Positions 19,169 through 28,708 of a stretch of DNA of 64,000 bases are shown one piece after another. The translations under genes and the position numbers were made by a program. The stretch's first letter is position 1. Each line of letters starts with the position of its first letter. The DNA comes from an uncultured Verrucomicrobiae bacterium (GTDB taxonomy: Bacteria; Verrucomicrobiota; Verrucomicrobiia; Chthoniobacterales; JAATET01), in assembly GCA_963719495.1 (NCBI GenBank), contig CAVRCI010000013.1, positions 128,001 to 192,000 of the forward strand, written 5' to 3'. Below the pieces are notes generated by a model. It was given only the letters and a program-made list of their open reading frames with translations, did no database searches and was not told where the DNA came from.

Positions 19169-21492
19169 GACTCGCCCACAAGCTCGCGCTCGCCTGCTCC
19201 ACCCTCACGGTCGGAGGCATTCTGCTCACGGCCGCCGTCGCGTGGTATTCGACGATCCGCGCCCTGGAAACGGAGATCGTGCGGGACTTCCAGACCTCGG
19301 CCTCGCGCACCATGCAGCAGCTCGACAGCTTCTTTCTGGCCCGCCGACAAAACATCGAGATCATCGCCAACGACTCGGTCGTCACCGATCCCACCTCGTC
19401 CCCCGCCGCGATCACCCGTCGGCTCATAGATTATCGTAACCGGCTCAAGGTCTACACGTCCCTCTCGTTCTTCGATCTGGACCGCGTCCGAATCGCCGAC
19501 ACCGCCGGTCTCGACCTCGGGCGGACTTCCGATCCCGGGGCCTTCTGGGACGATATCGCCCAAGGCTTCACCAGCGCCGGAGGGCATTACGCCTTCGTCG
19601 AAGATCTGCGGACGGAAGTCATTTTCTTCGCCTCCACCGTGCCGAACTCGGGCGGCGAGGTCATCGGCACCGTCGTCGCCCGCATGCCACTCTCCGTCCT
19701 CCACTTGCTCATCGCGCAGGTTCAACTCCCGGAACGAACCCAATCGATCCGCACCGACCTCGTCTCCGACGACGGCACCCTCCTCTACTCCAGCCACCTG
19801 CGCCCCGTCCATCTGCTCCGCCCCGTCGCCGGATGGGATTCGGTCCTCACTCAGATCGACGGTCGCCCCGTCGCCACCATCGACGGGAGCGCCATCGGTC
19901 GCGCCGACGACATCACCGTTGTCGTCGAGGAGCGCGGCTTCCTCGATTTTCCCGGCAATGGCTGGTCGCTCGTCGTCTCGATTCCGCGTTCGGAGGCCTT
20001 CGCACCAGCCGCCGATCTTCGCAACCGCCTCGTTGTCATCCTCGCCGCCGCCCTCGCGGTCTCCATCGTCGTCGCCATTCTGATCGCCCGCAATTTCACC
20101 CGGCCCGTCATGGCCCTCGCCGACCAAATGCGCGACGGCACGCACCCCGCGGCCCACCAGATCCTCGGCAATCGCTCGCGGCGGGACGAGATCGGCACCC
20201 TCATTCGCGGCTACCACTCGATGCGCGAACAGATCGAGACCGACCGCGAAGCCCTCCTCGCCGCCACGACCGAAGCCAACCGCGCCAACCAGGCCAAGTC
20301 GGATTTCCTCGCCGCCATGAGCCACGAAATCCGCACCCCCCTCAACGGCGTCGTCGGCTTCTCGTCCCTCCTGCTCGAAACACCCCTGAACGAAGAACAG
20401 ACCGAGTTCGCCCGCGCCGCCGTCAACAGTTCCGAAGTCCTCCTCGGCCTCGTCAACGACGTCCTTGATTTCTCAAAGATCGAAGCCGGCAAATTCGAGC
20501 TCGAAATCGCCCCCTTCGACCTCCGCTCCACGATCTCATCCTGCCTCGAACTCATCGAGCCGACCGCCGCGCGGAAATCCCTCGCCCTCCGCTCCGCCGT
20601 CGCCCCCGATTGCCCGACCCTCTTCAACGGCGACGTCCTCCGCTTCCGCCAGATCCTCACCAATCTCCTCAGCAACGCCGTCAAATTCACCAGCACCGGC
20701 ACCATCAGCATCACCGCCTCGATTGAAAAAAAATCCGCACCAGCGGATCAAGACAGGACCTCCCGACCTTCGACCCTCGACTCGCTCTGCGTCACCGTCA
20801 GCGACACCGGCATCGGCCTCACCCCCAGCCAGCAAGCGACCATCTTCGACTCCTTCACCCAGGCCGACGCCAGCACGACGCGCCGCTTCGGCGGCACCGG
20901 TCTCGGCCTGGCCATCACCAAACACCTGCTCGAGCTCATGGGCGGCACCATTCGAGTCGAGAGCGAACCCGACACCGGCAGCACCTTCATCGCCACCATA
21001 CCCATCCATCCCCCCGGACCCGACGACCGACCGGCCCGGCCGACACTTTCGCAACATCCGACCGACGAACCGACCGCCTCCCCCACCCTGCCCGCCGGGC
21101 TGCGCATCCTCCTCGTCGACGACGTCCGGACAAACCTACTTCTGGGCAGCGCCATGCTCAAACGACTGAGCGCCACCGCGACCCTCGCCGGCAATGGCCT
21201 CGAAGCTCTCGTCGCACTCCGCGAACAAGGCTACGACATCGTCCTCATGGACATCGAGATGCCCGAGCTCGACGGCATCGACGCCACCCGCGCCATCCGC
21301 CAGGAATTCCCGGCCTCCCGGCAGCCCTGGATCATCGCCGTCACGGCCCACGCCACCGAAGCTGATCGGGAACGCTGCCTCGCCGCCGGCATGAACGATT
21401 ACCTCACCAAACCCATCCGCCTCGACCGACTCGCCACCGCCATCCGCCGAGCCGAAACCCCGCAGCCCGAAACGAAGCCACGGATTTCATGA
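19165..21492 (+). CDS. Hybrid sensor histidine kinase/response regulator (Cache-like periplasmic domain, HAMP, HisKA, HATPase, REC)
   Basis: GTG overlaps the SBP stop. [47 protein letters not shown] and YLTKP motifs. Confidence 0.93.
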   Translation: MRLAHKLALACSTLTVGGILLTAAVAWYSTIRALETEIVRDFQTSASRTMQQLDSFFLARRQNIEIIANDSVVTDPTSSPAAITRRLIDYRNRLKVYTSLSFFDLDRVRIADTAGLDLGRTSDPGAFWDDIAQGFTSAGGHYAFVEDLRTEVIFFASTVPNSGGEVIGTVVARMPLSVLHLLIAQVQLPERTQSIRTDLVSDDGTLLYSSHLRPVHLLRPVAGWDSVLTQIDGRPVATIDGSAIGRADDITVVVEERGFLDFPGNGWSLVVSIPRSEAFAPAADLRNRLVVILAAALAVSIVVAILIARNFTRPVMALADQMRDGTHPAAHQILGNRSRRDEIGTLIRGYHSMREQIETDREALLAATTEANRANQAKSDFLAAMSHEIRTPLNGVVGFSSLLLETPLNEEQTEFARAAVNSSEVLLGLVNDVLDFSKIEAGKFELEIAPFDLRSTISSCLELIEPTAARKSLALRSAVAPDCPTLFNGDVLRFRQILTNLLSNAVKFTSTGTISITASIEKKSAPADQDRTSRPSTLDSLCVTVSDTGIGLTPSQQATIFDSFTQADASTTRRFGGTGLGLAITKHLLELMGGTIRVESEPDTGSTFIATIPIHPPGPDDRPARPTLSQHPTDEPTASPTLPAGLRILLVDDVRTNLLLGSAMLKRLSATATLAGNGLEALVALREQGYDIVLMDIEMPELDGIDATRAIRQEFPASRQPWIIAVTAHATEADRERCLAAGMNDYLTKPIRLDRLATAIRRAETPQPETKPRIS

Positions 21493-21538
21493 AAAAAAGA
21501 TACGCGCAACCCGGCCTTCACCCGCGAAACAAGGATCT

Positions 21539-22045
21539 ATGAAACTCAAAACCCTACGAAATCTGTCAGCGGTCGCAGCTCTCGGACTCCTTCCCATCGC
21601 GGCCCACGCCGACGCGGACGCAGCGAAATCGATCGCTTCCGAAGCCGCCACGGACGCCTCCGACGATGCTACGACGACCACTGCGGTCGTTGCGGACGAC
21701 GCCGAGGATGCCACCACCACGGTCACGACCGAAGCAACCGAAGCGAGCGACGGGACGTCCTCCGTGGGCGACGCCGACACCAGAGCCAACGAAATCGACG
21801 AGAAGGTCGATGACCCCATGTCCGCCTCCGAAGCGAAGCCCACTCTCACCAGCCCAAGCGTGAGCGCTGGAACGGGAATGGGATCGGCGACGAACACCGG
21901 CAGCGGCACCGGAGTCTCGCCCGAAGGTGACAACACCGGCGCCCGCGACAACAAGACCGAGCCCGGCGTCGGAGCAGGCAAAGCCAACGGCACCGGTAGC
22001 AACACCGGCAGCGGCACCGGAGCCGACACCGACATGGCTGAATAA
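21539..22045 (+). CDS. Secreted low-complexity (T/D/G-rich) hypothetical protein
   Basis: Signal peptide ending AHA. Followed by a strong terminator. Confidence 0.7.
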   Translation: MKLKTLRNLSAVAALGLLPIAAHADADAAKSIASEAATDASDDATTTTAVVADDAEDATTTVTTEATEASDGTSSVGDADTRANEIDEKVDDPMSASEAKPTLTSPSVSAGTGMGSATNTGSGTGVSPEGDNTGARDNKTEPGVGAGKANGTGSNTGSGTGADTDMAE

Positions 22046-22069
22046 GCGCCAGTCGCAAAGCAGATCACC

Positions 22070-22104
22070 AGCGGGGCAGCCAAAAGGCTGCCCCGCTTTT
22101 TTTT
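22070..22104 (+). terminator. Rho-independent terminator
   Basis: GCGGGGCAGCC-AAAA-GGCTGCCCCGC followed by T8. Confidence 0.92.
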
Positions 22105-22140
22105 GCGCCCAGCCATCAAGACACTTCCAGCCGCCGAATT

Positions 22141-22189
22141 CGGGGGAGCGCGCGCGTCCCGCGTGCGAGATGCGGCGTCCCGCCGCATC
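22141..22189. repeat. REP-like palindrome, second copy of 17925-17973
   Basis: gggagcgcgcgcgtcccgcgtgcgagatgcggcgtcccgccgcatc. Confidence 0.7.
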
Positions 22190-22304
22190 ACAGCGACCGC
22201 AAACCAAATCGAATGAGGCAAAGCGAAACCGGCTCCAGCAACCTGTCCCCAACTCACAGAATCAGGGAAACCCAGCACTGCCAGCACGATCAACGCGACT
22301 CGTT

Positions 22305-23276
22305 CTACTCGAACGAAATGACCACGTTCCCAACCTTGCGCCGCGATTGCACGCGGGCGTGGGCTTCCGCAATTCGGTCGAACGAATACACCCGCTCGAT
22401 CAAAGGGGAAAACACCCCTCTGGTCGCGAGGTCGACCATTCGCTCGAGGTCATCCCGACGCTCCGCGGCCGGTCCGACCACCGCGCGGCAGCCCCGTGAT
22501 CTCGCTCGGCGCGAAGCCCAAAGCAGGTCGCCCAGACCCCCCGCGATCAACGCGACCCGCCCGCCGGGCTTCACCAAATCAAGAGCTTGCGAACAATTCA
22601 TGGATCCGGCGGTTTCGAACACCACGTCGTAGCGATCCTCAATAGACCTGAGATCCCGCTTCGTGTAGTCGATCACGTGCTCCGCTCCGAGCGCGCGGAC
22701 CGTCCCGACGTTATCGCCCCGACAAACCCCGGTCACCGTCGCGCCCAGATGGCTGGCAATCCGCACCGCCGCGCTCCCCACACTCCCGGACGCACCGACC
22801 ACCAAAACACTCTCACCCCGACCAAGCTCCAAGCGACGGAAGAAATCCAACGCGGTCGTGCCCCCAAACGGAAGAGCCGCCGCCGTCGTAAAATCAAGAT
22901 TCGCGGGCTTCGCGACGATGTTCCCGTCTTCCGAAAGAACCTTGAATTCCGCGTGACAGCCCATCCGCGAACCGTCGAAGGCAATCACCTCATCGCCCGG
23001 ACGAAACTTCGTCACCTTCCGCCCCACCTGGTCGACGACGCCGGAAATCTCGGATCCCAGAATCGGCTGCCGCGGTTTCACCAAACCGAAGATCGGGCGA
23101 GCCAGCAGACCAAAACCCGGTGGCATCTCCAGACTACGAATGCGCCAATCGCCCGAAGTCACCGTCGTCGCGCGCGTCCGAATCAGGATCTCGTTGTCAC
23201 CCGGAACCGGCGTCGGCACCTCCACGATCCGAATTACCTCCGGCGATCCATAACCAATGCAAACAGCAGCCCTCAC
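22305..23276 (-). CDS. NAD(P)-dependent MDR-family oxidoreductase (quinone reductase/alcohol dehydrogenase-like)
   Basis: YGSPEV, ILGSEISGVV, AAALPFGGTTA, GASGSVG and LGAEHVIDY motifs. Start is either GTG 23276 or 23309. Confidence 0.9.
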   Translation of the reverse strand: MRAAVCIGYGSPEVIRIVEVPTPVPGDNEILIRTRATTVTSGDWRIRSLEMPPGFGLLARPIFGLVKPRQPILGSEISGVVDQVGRKVTKFRPGDEVIAFDGSRMGCHAEFKVLSEDGNIVAKPANLDFTTAAALPFGGTTALDFFRRLELGRGESVLVVGASGSVGSAAVRIASHLGATVTGVCRGDNVGTVRALGAEHVIDYTKRDLRSIEDRYDVVFETAGSMNCSQALDLVKPGGRVALIAGGLGDLLWASRRARSRGCRAVVGPAAERRDDLERMVDLATRGVFSPLIERVYSFDRIAEAHARVQSRRKVGNVVISFE

Positions 23277-23841
23277 GAAGCCAAACTCGCAACCGCGACT
23301 CCCGAACACATGTCCAGACTCACCGTCCCCGCCACCGCCAAAAACTTAAACTCAAATCCCGTCATCTAATCACCTCCGCTAAAAAAGCCGTCACGCTAGA
23401 CACCGTCAAGGTTCACGATTTGACGCCTGATTCCATTCCCTTGACTCGCTGTTTTTCGCGCTCAGCGATCAGGCGCATTTCGAGGAACGGCGGCTTTCAG
23501 CCACCGGAAACGGGAATTGCACGCGTTCCATCATGCGAACGGCGACAAAACGCCGTAGGAATCAATGCGAAGCCAATATCAGCACCCGCGAAATGCCCCG
23601 TCCCGTTCTCGACGATCAGCGACGTTCAATCCCCGGACTTCTGGAAACGGCCGAGCCGTCATTTGAGATCCACCAATCGCCTCCGGCAAATGATTCGAGA
23701 TGGTCACCTCCTTCAACCGAACCCGGAATTGAAATCCCTGGCTCACAGAAAGAGAGAGCCAGATCCAGACGCGAGCGCGTCGTCGGTAAAGATTTCGGAA
23801 CGGGCCAGAAAGGGCACTCGTTCGAACGGATGGGAACTCTC

Positions 23842-24828
23842 TCAAAAAGAATTCGCCCACCCATTCCTCCGAAGGTCTTCGATCGCAGCCAAATTCCATT
23901 CATTGATCTGGCCGAGCAAACCCTCCCATGGGGTCCTATCTCCTTGATGCAACCACAGCTCCCCGAGCAGGCCATTCCCGATCATTTCCACGATACGGCA
24001 ACGGTCAAATAGAAGCTTTGCGTTTCGCGTCGAACCTTCCCACCGAGCTCGATCGTGAGATTCCGAAATGAAGTAGGCTTTCATCGGAGGCGATTGGTAA
24101 GTCCGCTCCATCCAACGCTCTGTGAAAGAGCCGGGCTCCAATTTTGTCAGCTCATCCGTCCAATTCGTTCCAGTCTTGCATTGCCCGAAGATAGAAATCT
24201 GACTCGGTCGACCATCCGCGAATGGCAGCCAGCCCACCACGTCCAGCTTGTCGTCGTTGGCTTGCTCGCGGATCCCGTCGGTATTGCGGTACCGACCGCC
24301 CTCCCCAACGGCCCGGCAGAGATCATCAACCTTGTCGGCGAACCTGCCACCAACCGCGGTGCCGAAGACCATCGCCCGAGCACGGGTGGGATGAAGGTAG
24401 TGGCGCAGGATGTACGGCGAAAGACTTTCAAACAGCACTGTCCCGTCGAACCCGGCCCAAGCCCTTTGCTTTTGCATATCGAGACGCGTGGCAAGCAGCA
24501 GAAATTGATAGATCGTCGCTTGCGGAACCCGAACACGCTCAAGGTTCCGCAAAGTTGTGCTCTTCAGCTTGATTTCGAATGGATATCCCCCAGCTGCGGC
24601 AATTCGTCGGTCCTCGATTTCGACCAGCATCCGGGTGGCCAGCACTTCGTTGGCAGCATCACTGTCGTCCATGCCCTCGTTGCGAGCATTGTCGTCGAGC
24701 TGACCCAGATGGCGCTCGATCCGCCGAGCGGAACACTCGCCGTAGACCAAGGTGAGGCACTCCGCAAAATCAGCAAGCTCATGGGGCCGCGCCCGCAGAG
24801 AAGGCGTTCCCGGTAATTTGAAACTCAT
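23842..24828 (-). CDS. Putative PD-(D/E)XK (Mrr-like) endonuclease
   Basis: LFE helix ... DDKLDVV ... FGQCKTG matches the E..D..QxK active-site pattern. Starts 18 bp after the ParB-like gene. Confidence 0.6.
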   Translation of the reverse strand: MSFKLPGTPSLRARPHELADFAECLTLVYGECSARRIERHLGQLDDNARNEGMDDSDAANEVLATRMLVEIEDRRIAAAGGYPFEIKLKSTTLRNLERVRVPQATIYQFLLLATRLDMQKQRAWAGFDGTVLFESLSPYILRHYLHPTRARAMVFGTAVGGRFADKVDDLCRAVGEGGRYRNTDGIREQANDDKLDVVGWLPFADGRPSQISIFGQCKTGTNWTDELTKLEPGSFTERWMERTYQSPPMKAYFISESHDRARWEGSTRNAKLLFDRCRIVEMIGNGLLGELWLHQGDRTPWEGLLGQINEWNLAAIEDLRRNGWANSF

Positions 24829-24846
24829 CGATCTTTGAGTTGGGAC

Positions 24847-25962
24847 TTAGTCTTCGATTATACGGAGTTTTTTCCGATTCCCGTTCCTCATGACATCCAT
24901 TTCCTCGTAGACGGCGTCGGCGAGCGTAGCGACTGAGCCAGCGGTTTTGAGCAGGGATTCCGATCCGTCGTAACCGTTGGCCACGTAACTTTTAGCCCGC
25001 ATGAGCGCCCGCTTGGCGTCGAGCAGCGCATCCTCCAAGACCGCTCCGGCTGGGCGACTCAGCAGGAAGGACGCTCCCAACGACTCGCCAGCTCGAAGGG
25101 CCGAGATAGCCTCTCGATTATCGACCACCTCGTTGAGTTGCCTTAAGTCCGGGTTCTGGCTTTCGATCACCGACGGAGCACCACTTTTCTTGCTTCCGAA
25201 AAGCCAAGTGAGCAGCTCGCCCAGTTCGGAGATTTTATCTTTAGATACCGGCGAGTCGGTCTCGTCTTCTTTTTGAGCAAGATTTAGGAATCGACCGAAC
25301 CCGTCGTATTCCAAACCCGTGTAAAGATGGGAAAAGAAGATTCGCGAAGCGTAACAGTCGGCACGATCGTAAACGCCCGCGCGCTCAGCCTGCTCAAGCA
25401 CCATCAGCGCTCGAAAAAGCTTCTGGACCGTCCCGTGATTGTCACCAATCTGACGGGCGATATCCGAAAGACCGACGCCGTAATTCCGACGAACCTCCGC
25501 GATGTAGTTTGCCTTCGCAAAGCTCGTCCATTTCGCCGGACCGTTGACGTGCTTGAAGCCCATGTAGCGCCACGAAGCTTCACGGCTCTGCCTGAGGGTC
25601 GGAACCGACTCCAGCCTCACCTTGAGAGGCTCCGAAATCTCGGGAATCGTCCACTTGTTTTCGCCAGCGAACCGGGGTTGCGTCAGAACTTTGAGCGCGG
25701 CCAATCGACGATTGCCTTCGATGACAATCCGCTCGCCGTTCTCCTCTGAAACGATCAACGGCTCGTGGGCAAAATAGCCACTGGCCGCCATCGATAGGAC
25801 CAGCTCGCGCACGTCCATCTCCGTCCAAAGCGTCCGCAGGATCTCGTCTTCTTCACTCTCTTCCGTGATCCCGAACTCGATCAAACGCGGATTATTGCGA
25901 TCGAACCGGAGGTCAGTCACCAGCGAATCCTCCATTATCGGACATTCTAGTTCGACGTTCAT
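24847..25962 (-). CDS. ParB/Srx N-terminal domain protein with HTH
   Basis: FDRNNPRL, VIEGNRRLAALK (GxxRxxA), KHVNGPAKW and HTH-like LSDIARQIGDNHGTVQK. Confidence 0.8.
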   Translation of the reverse strand: MNVELECPIMEDSLVTDLRFDRNNPRLIEFGITEESEEDEILRTLWTEMDVRELVLSMAASGYFAHEPLIVSEENGERIVIEGNRRLAALKVLTQPRFAGENKWTIPEISEPLKVRLESVPTLRQSREASWRYMGFKHVNGPAKWTSFAKANYIAEVRRNYGVGLSDIARQIGDNHGTVQKLFRALMVLEQAERAGVYDRADCYASRIFFSHLYTGLEYDGFGRFLNLAQKEDETDSPVSKDKISELGELLTWLFGSKKSGAPSVIESQNPDLRQLNEVVDNREAISALRAGESLGASFLLSRPAGAVLEDALLDAKRALMRAKSYVANGYDGSESLLKTAGSVATLADAVYEEMDVMRNGNRKKLRIIED

Positions 25963-26861
25963 AACTTAGTAGCGGACTGCGGTATCGCGACCGTTTTCCC
26001 GCGAATTGTGGAAGCACGAGGCAAACAGACGCGGTGAGGGCAAATTAGCAATTCGCTTGCCTCGCGCTTTGCTTGGAATGAATAGTTGATTGGCAGTGAA
26101 AACACGTGGTCGTCAGCGTAGAGTGATCGAACCAAGCTGGTATCGTCGTAGGACATTGCCCACGGCAGCAGACTCTGACCGTGCAGATACGAGGCGATTT
26201 CCCGATGATTTTTGTTGGTGTAGGAATTCAAATACAGGCGCTCCGCCTTATTCACGTAGGGTGGATCGAGATAGACGAAAGCCTTCCGCCGAGCGCGACC
26301 GTTCGGCAGACCCCTTTTCAGAAATTCGATCGCGTCAAGTTGGGTGACATTGATTCGGTCCCGCTTCCTTGCTATGAGACCAATTCTGGTCGTGAGTCCA
26401 GCCCGATTGAAACGCGCGTCCAGATTCCACTCCCCTTTTTGCTCGAGGCCACCAATCGGCCCAGCCCCAGATAACACGCCCGATCGATTGCATCGATTCA
26501 TGTAAAATGCCGCGAACCCAACCTCGAACGAACTGTGCTTGGCAGGTTCATCACAGATGGCGCGCTCTTTCCGCCAATGCTCGATGTCGAGCGGGACGGT
26601 GGCGACTCGATCAACGAACCGATCCGTTTCGTCGAGGATCGAATGCCACAAGCTGGCAACCCGGAAATCGGCGTCGTTGATGTTGATTTCCGAAACGACC
26701 CCGTTCAAAAGAAGGGTCAGCGCGGCACCCGCACCGCCCGCGTAGGGCTCGAAGTAAGCGACATTTCGCAATTCGTTGAGGTCAATCACATCCGTAAGAA
26801 AGGATGCCAAACACGCCTTCCCTCCCGGGTAGCGCAACGGACTGAGATGTCGCTCCAACAC
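25959..26861 (-). CDS. D12-class (Dam-like) N6-adenine DNA methyltransferase
   Basis: SPLRYPGGK, FEPYAGG (motif I), INDAD, YLDPPY (motif IV) and SYDD. Confidence 0.93.
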   Translation of the reverse strand: MLERHLSPLRYPGGKACLASFLTDVIDLNELRNVAYFEPYAGGAGAALTLLLNGVVSEININDADFRVASLWHSILDETDRFVDRVATVPLDIEHWRKERAICDEPAKHSSFEVGFAAFYMNRCNRSGVLSGAGPIGGLEQKGEWNLDARFNRAGLTTRIGLIARKRDRINVTQLDAIEFLKRGLPNGRARRKAFVYLDPPYVNKAERLYLNSYTNKNHREIASYLHGQSLLPWAMSYDDTSLVRSLYADDHVFSLPINYSFQAKREASELLICPHRVCLPRASTIRGKTVAIPQSATKL

Positions 26862-26980
26862 GGTGTCTTGTTACGTGCCTGAGTCATTGTTGTCACGTTG
26901 CCTTTGATCCGTCGGCAGCCGATTGACCACCCGTGGCGAGGAAGCATTCATCGAGACATATTTGGTAGAGGCCAACTTCC

Positions 26981-28510
26981 TCACCGCCACAAATTCCGAT
27001 CCAGCGTCCGGTACTGAATCGCCTCCGCCAAATGCTCCGCCGCAATCGCTTCGACCCCCGCCAAATCCGCAATCGTCCGCGAAACTTTCAAAATCCGATC
27101 GTAAGCTCTTGCACTCAATTGCAGCTCGCTCATCGCCATCCGCAGCATCTCCTGACTCTCCGCGTCGAGCCGGCAATGCGTCTTCAAAGCCGCCGGTGTC
27201 ATCCGCGCATTGCTCGCGATCTTCGTTCGCGCAAAGCGCGCGCCCTGCACCCCACGCGCCGCCTCGACCCGTTCCCGGATCGCCCGCGAGGGCTCGGCCC
27301 GCACGTCGCTCGCCAGATCGCGATACTCCACCGCGGGCGCCTCGACGTGGATGTCGATCCGGTCGAGCAGCGGCCCCGAGATCCTCTGACGATATTTCTC
27401 CACCTGCACCGGCGAGCACCGGCACTCCCGCTTCGGATCTCCGAAGTATCCGCAAGCGCACGGATTCATCGCCGCCACCAACATGAACTGCGCCGGGAAC
27501 GTCATCGTCCCCGCCGCCCGGCTGATCACCACCCGCCCGTCCTCCAGCGGCTGCCGCATCACCTCGAGCGTCGAGCGTTTGAACTCCGGCAGCTCGTCCA
27601 AGAACAGCACACCCTGATGCGCCAGACTCACCTCGCCCGGCGACGGATTCGACGATCCGCCCAGCAGCCCCACGTCCGAAATCGTGTGGTGCGGAGCGCG
27701 AAAAGGCCGCACCCGCACGAACGACCGCGCCTCGTCCGTGAGCCCACAGATGCTGTGAATCTTCGTCGCCTCGATCGCCTCCTCCAGCGACATCGCCGGC
27801 ATGATCGTCGCGATCCGCTTCGACAACATGCTCTTCCCCGACCCCGGGGGCCCGATGAGCAGTAAATTATGGCCACCGGAAACCGCCACCTCGATCGCCC
27901 GCTTCACCTGCTCCTGCCCCTTCACGTCGGCGAAATCCAGATCCGGATCGTCCTCCACGACCGTCGCCGCGAAATCCACGTGGGTCGGTTCCAATTCCTT
28001 CGCCCGGCTGACAAATTCGTAGGCCTCCCGCAGCGACCGCACGCCATACACCTCGATGCCCTCGACCACCGCCGCCTCCGCCGCGTTCGCCAACGGCAGG
28101 ATCACCGCCCTTTTTCCTCGCCGCCTTGCCTCCAGCGCAATCGGCAGTGCCCCCTTGATCGCCCGCACCTCGCCGGTCAACCCGAGCTCGCCCACCATCA
28201 GACACCGCTCCAGCCTCGGCAGATCGGCATCCTCCGCAACGGCGACCATTCCGACTGCAATCGGCAGATCGAAACTCGGCCCCTCCTTCTTCACGTCGGC
28301 GGGCGCCAGGTTCACGGTCGTCCGGGTCCGCGGCCACCGGAACCCACTGTTCGCGATCGCCGTCGTCACCCGGTCCCGGCTTTCTTTCACCGACGTATCG
28401 GGGAGGCCCACGACGATGACCATCGGATCCCCGTGCCCGGCGTTCACCTCGACCTCGACCTCGCAGGCCTCCACGCCACGAAGCGCCGCTGAAAAAACCT
28501 TCGTGAGCAT
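26981..28510 (-). CDS. comM: YifB/ComM Mg-chelatase-like AAA+ ATPase
   Basis: [54 protein letters not shown] and SGPLLDRID motifs. Confidence 0.96.
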   Translation of the reverse strand: MLTKVFSAALRGVEACEVEVEVNAGHGDPMVIVVGLPDTSVKESRDRVTTAIANSGFRWPRTRTTVNLAPADVKKEGPSFDLPIAVGMVAVAEDADLPRLERCLMVGELGLTGEVRAIKGALPIALEARRRGKRAVILPLANAAEAAVVEGIEVYGVRSLREAYEFVSRAKELEPTHVDFAATVVEDDPDLDFADVKGQEQVKRAIEVAVSGGHNLLLIGPPGSGKSMLSKRIATIMPAMSLEEAIEATKIHSICGLTDEARSFVRVRPFRAPHHTISDVGLLGGSSNPSPGEVSLAHQGVLFLDELPEFKRSTLEVMRQPLEDGRVVISRAAGTMTFPAQFMLVAAMNPCACGYFGDPKRECRCSPVQVEKYRQRISGPLLDRIDIHVEAPAVEYRDLASDVRAEPSRAIRERVEAARGVQGARFARTKIASNARMTPAALKTHCRLDAESQEMLRMAMSELQLSARAYDRILKVSRTIADLAGVEAIAAEHLAEAIQYRTLDRNLWR

Positions 28511-28708
28511 CCGCGCACCCTACAGGCCGCCGATTCCGCCTGTCGAATCCCGTTCGCCCACGAACTCAGCTTGTTTTCCCACCGCGCCAGGCGATGATCG
28601 GAGGCCAGCCCCCAAAGCAGCCGCAACCGTCGTCCCCCGCGAATGAATACTTCCGGCGCGTCGCTCGTTCCTCTCCTCGAACACCCAAACTTTCACCGCA
28701 TCAAAAAT

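Noticed and set aside
23579..23899. 106-aa ORF downstream of the nuclease as a fourth cassette gene
   Set aside because: No recognisable motif and it overlaps the nuclease end. Only the short comM-like patch is notable, and that is reported separately.
24847..25962. Chromosome/plasmid partition locus
   Set aside because: No ParA or parS-like array nearby. The gene is coupled to a methylase and a nuclease-like gene.
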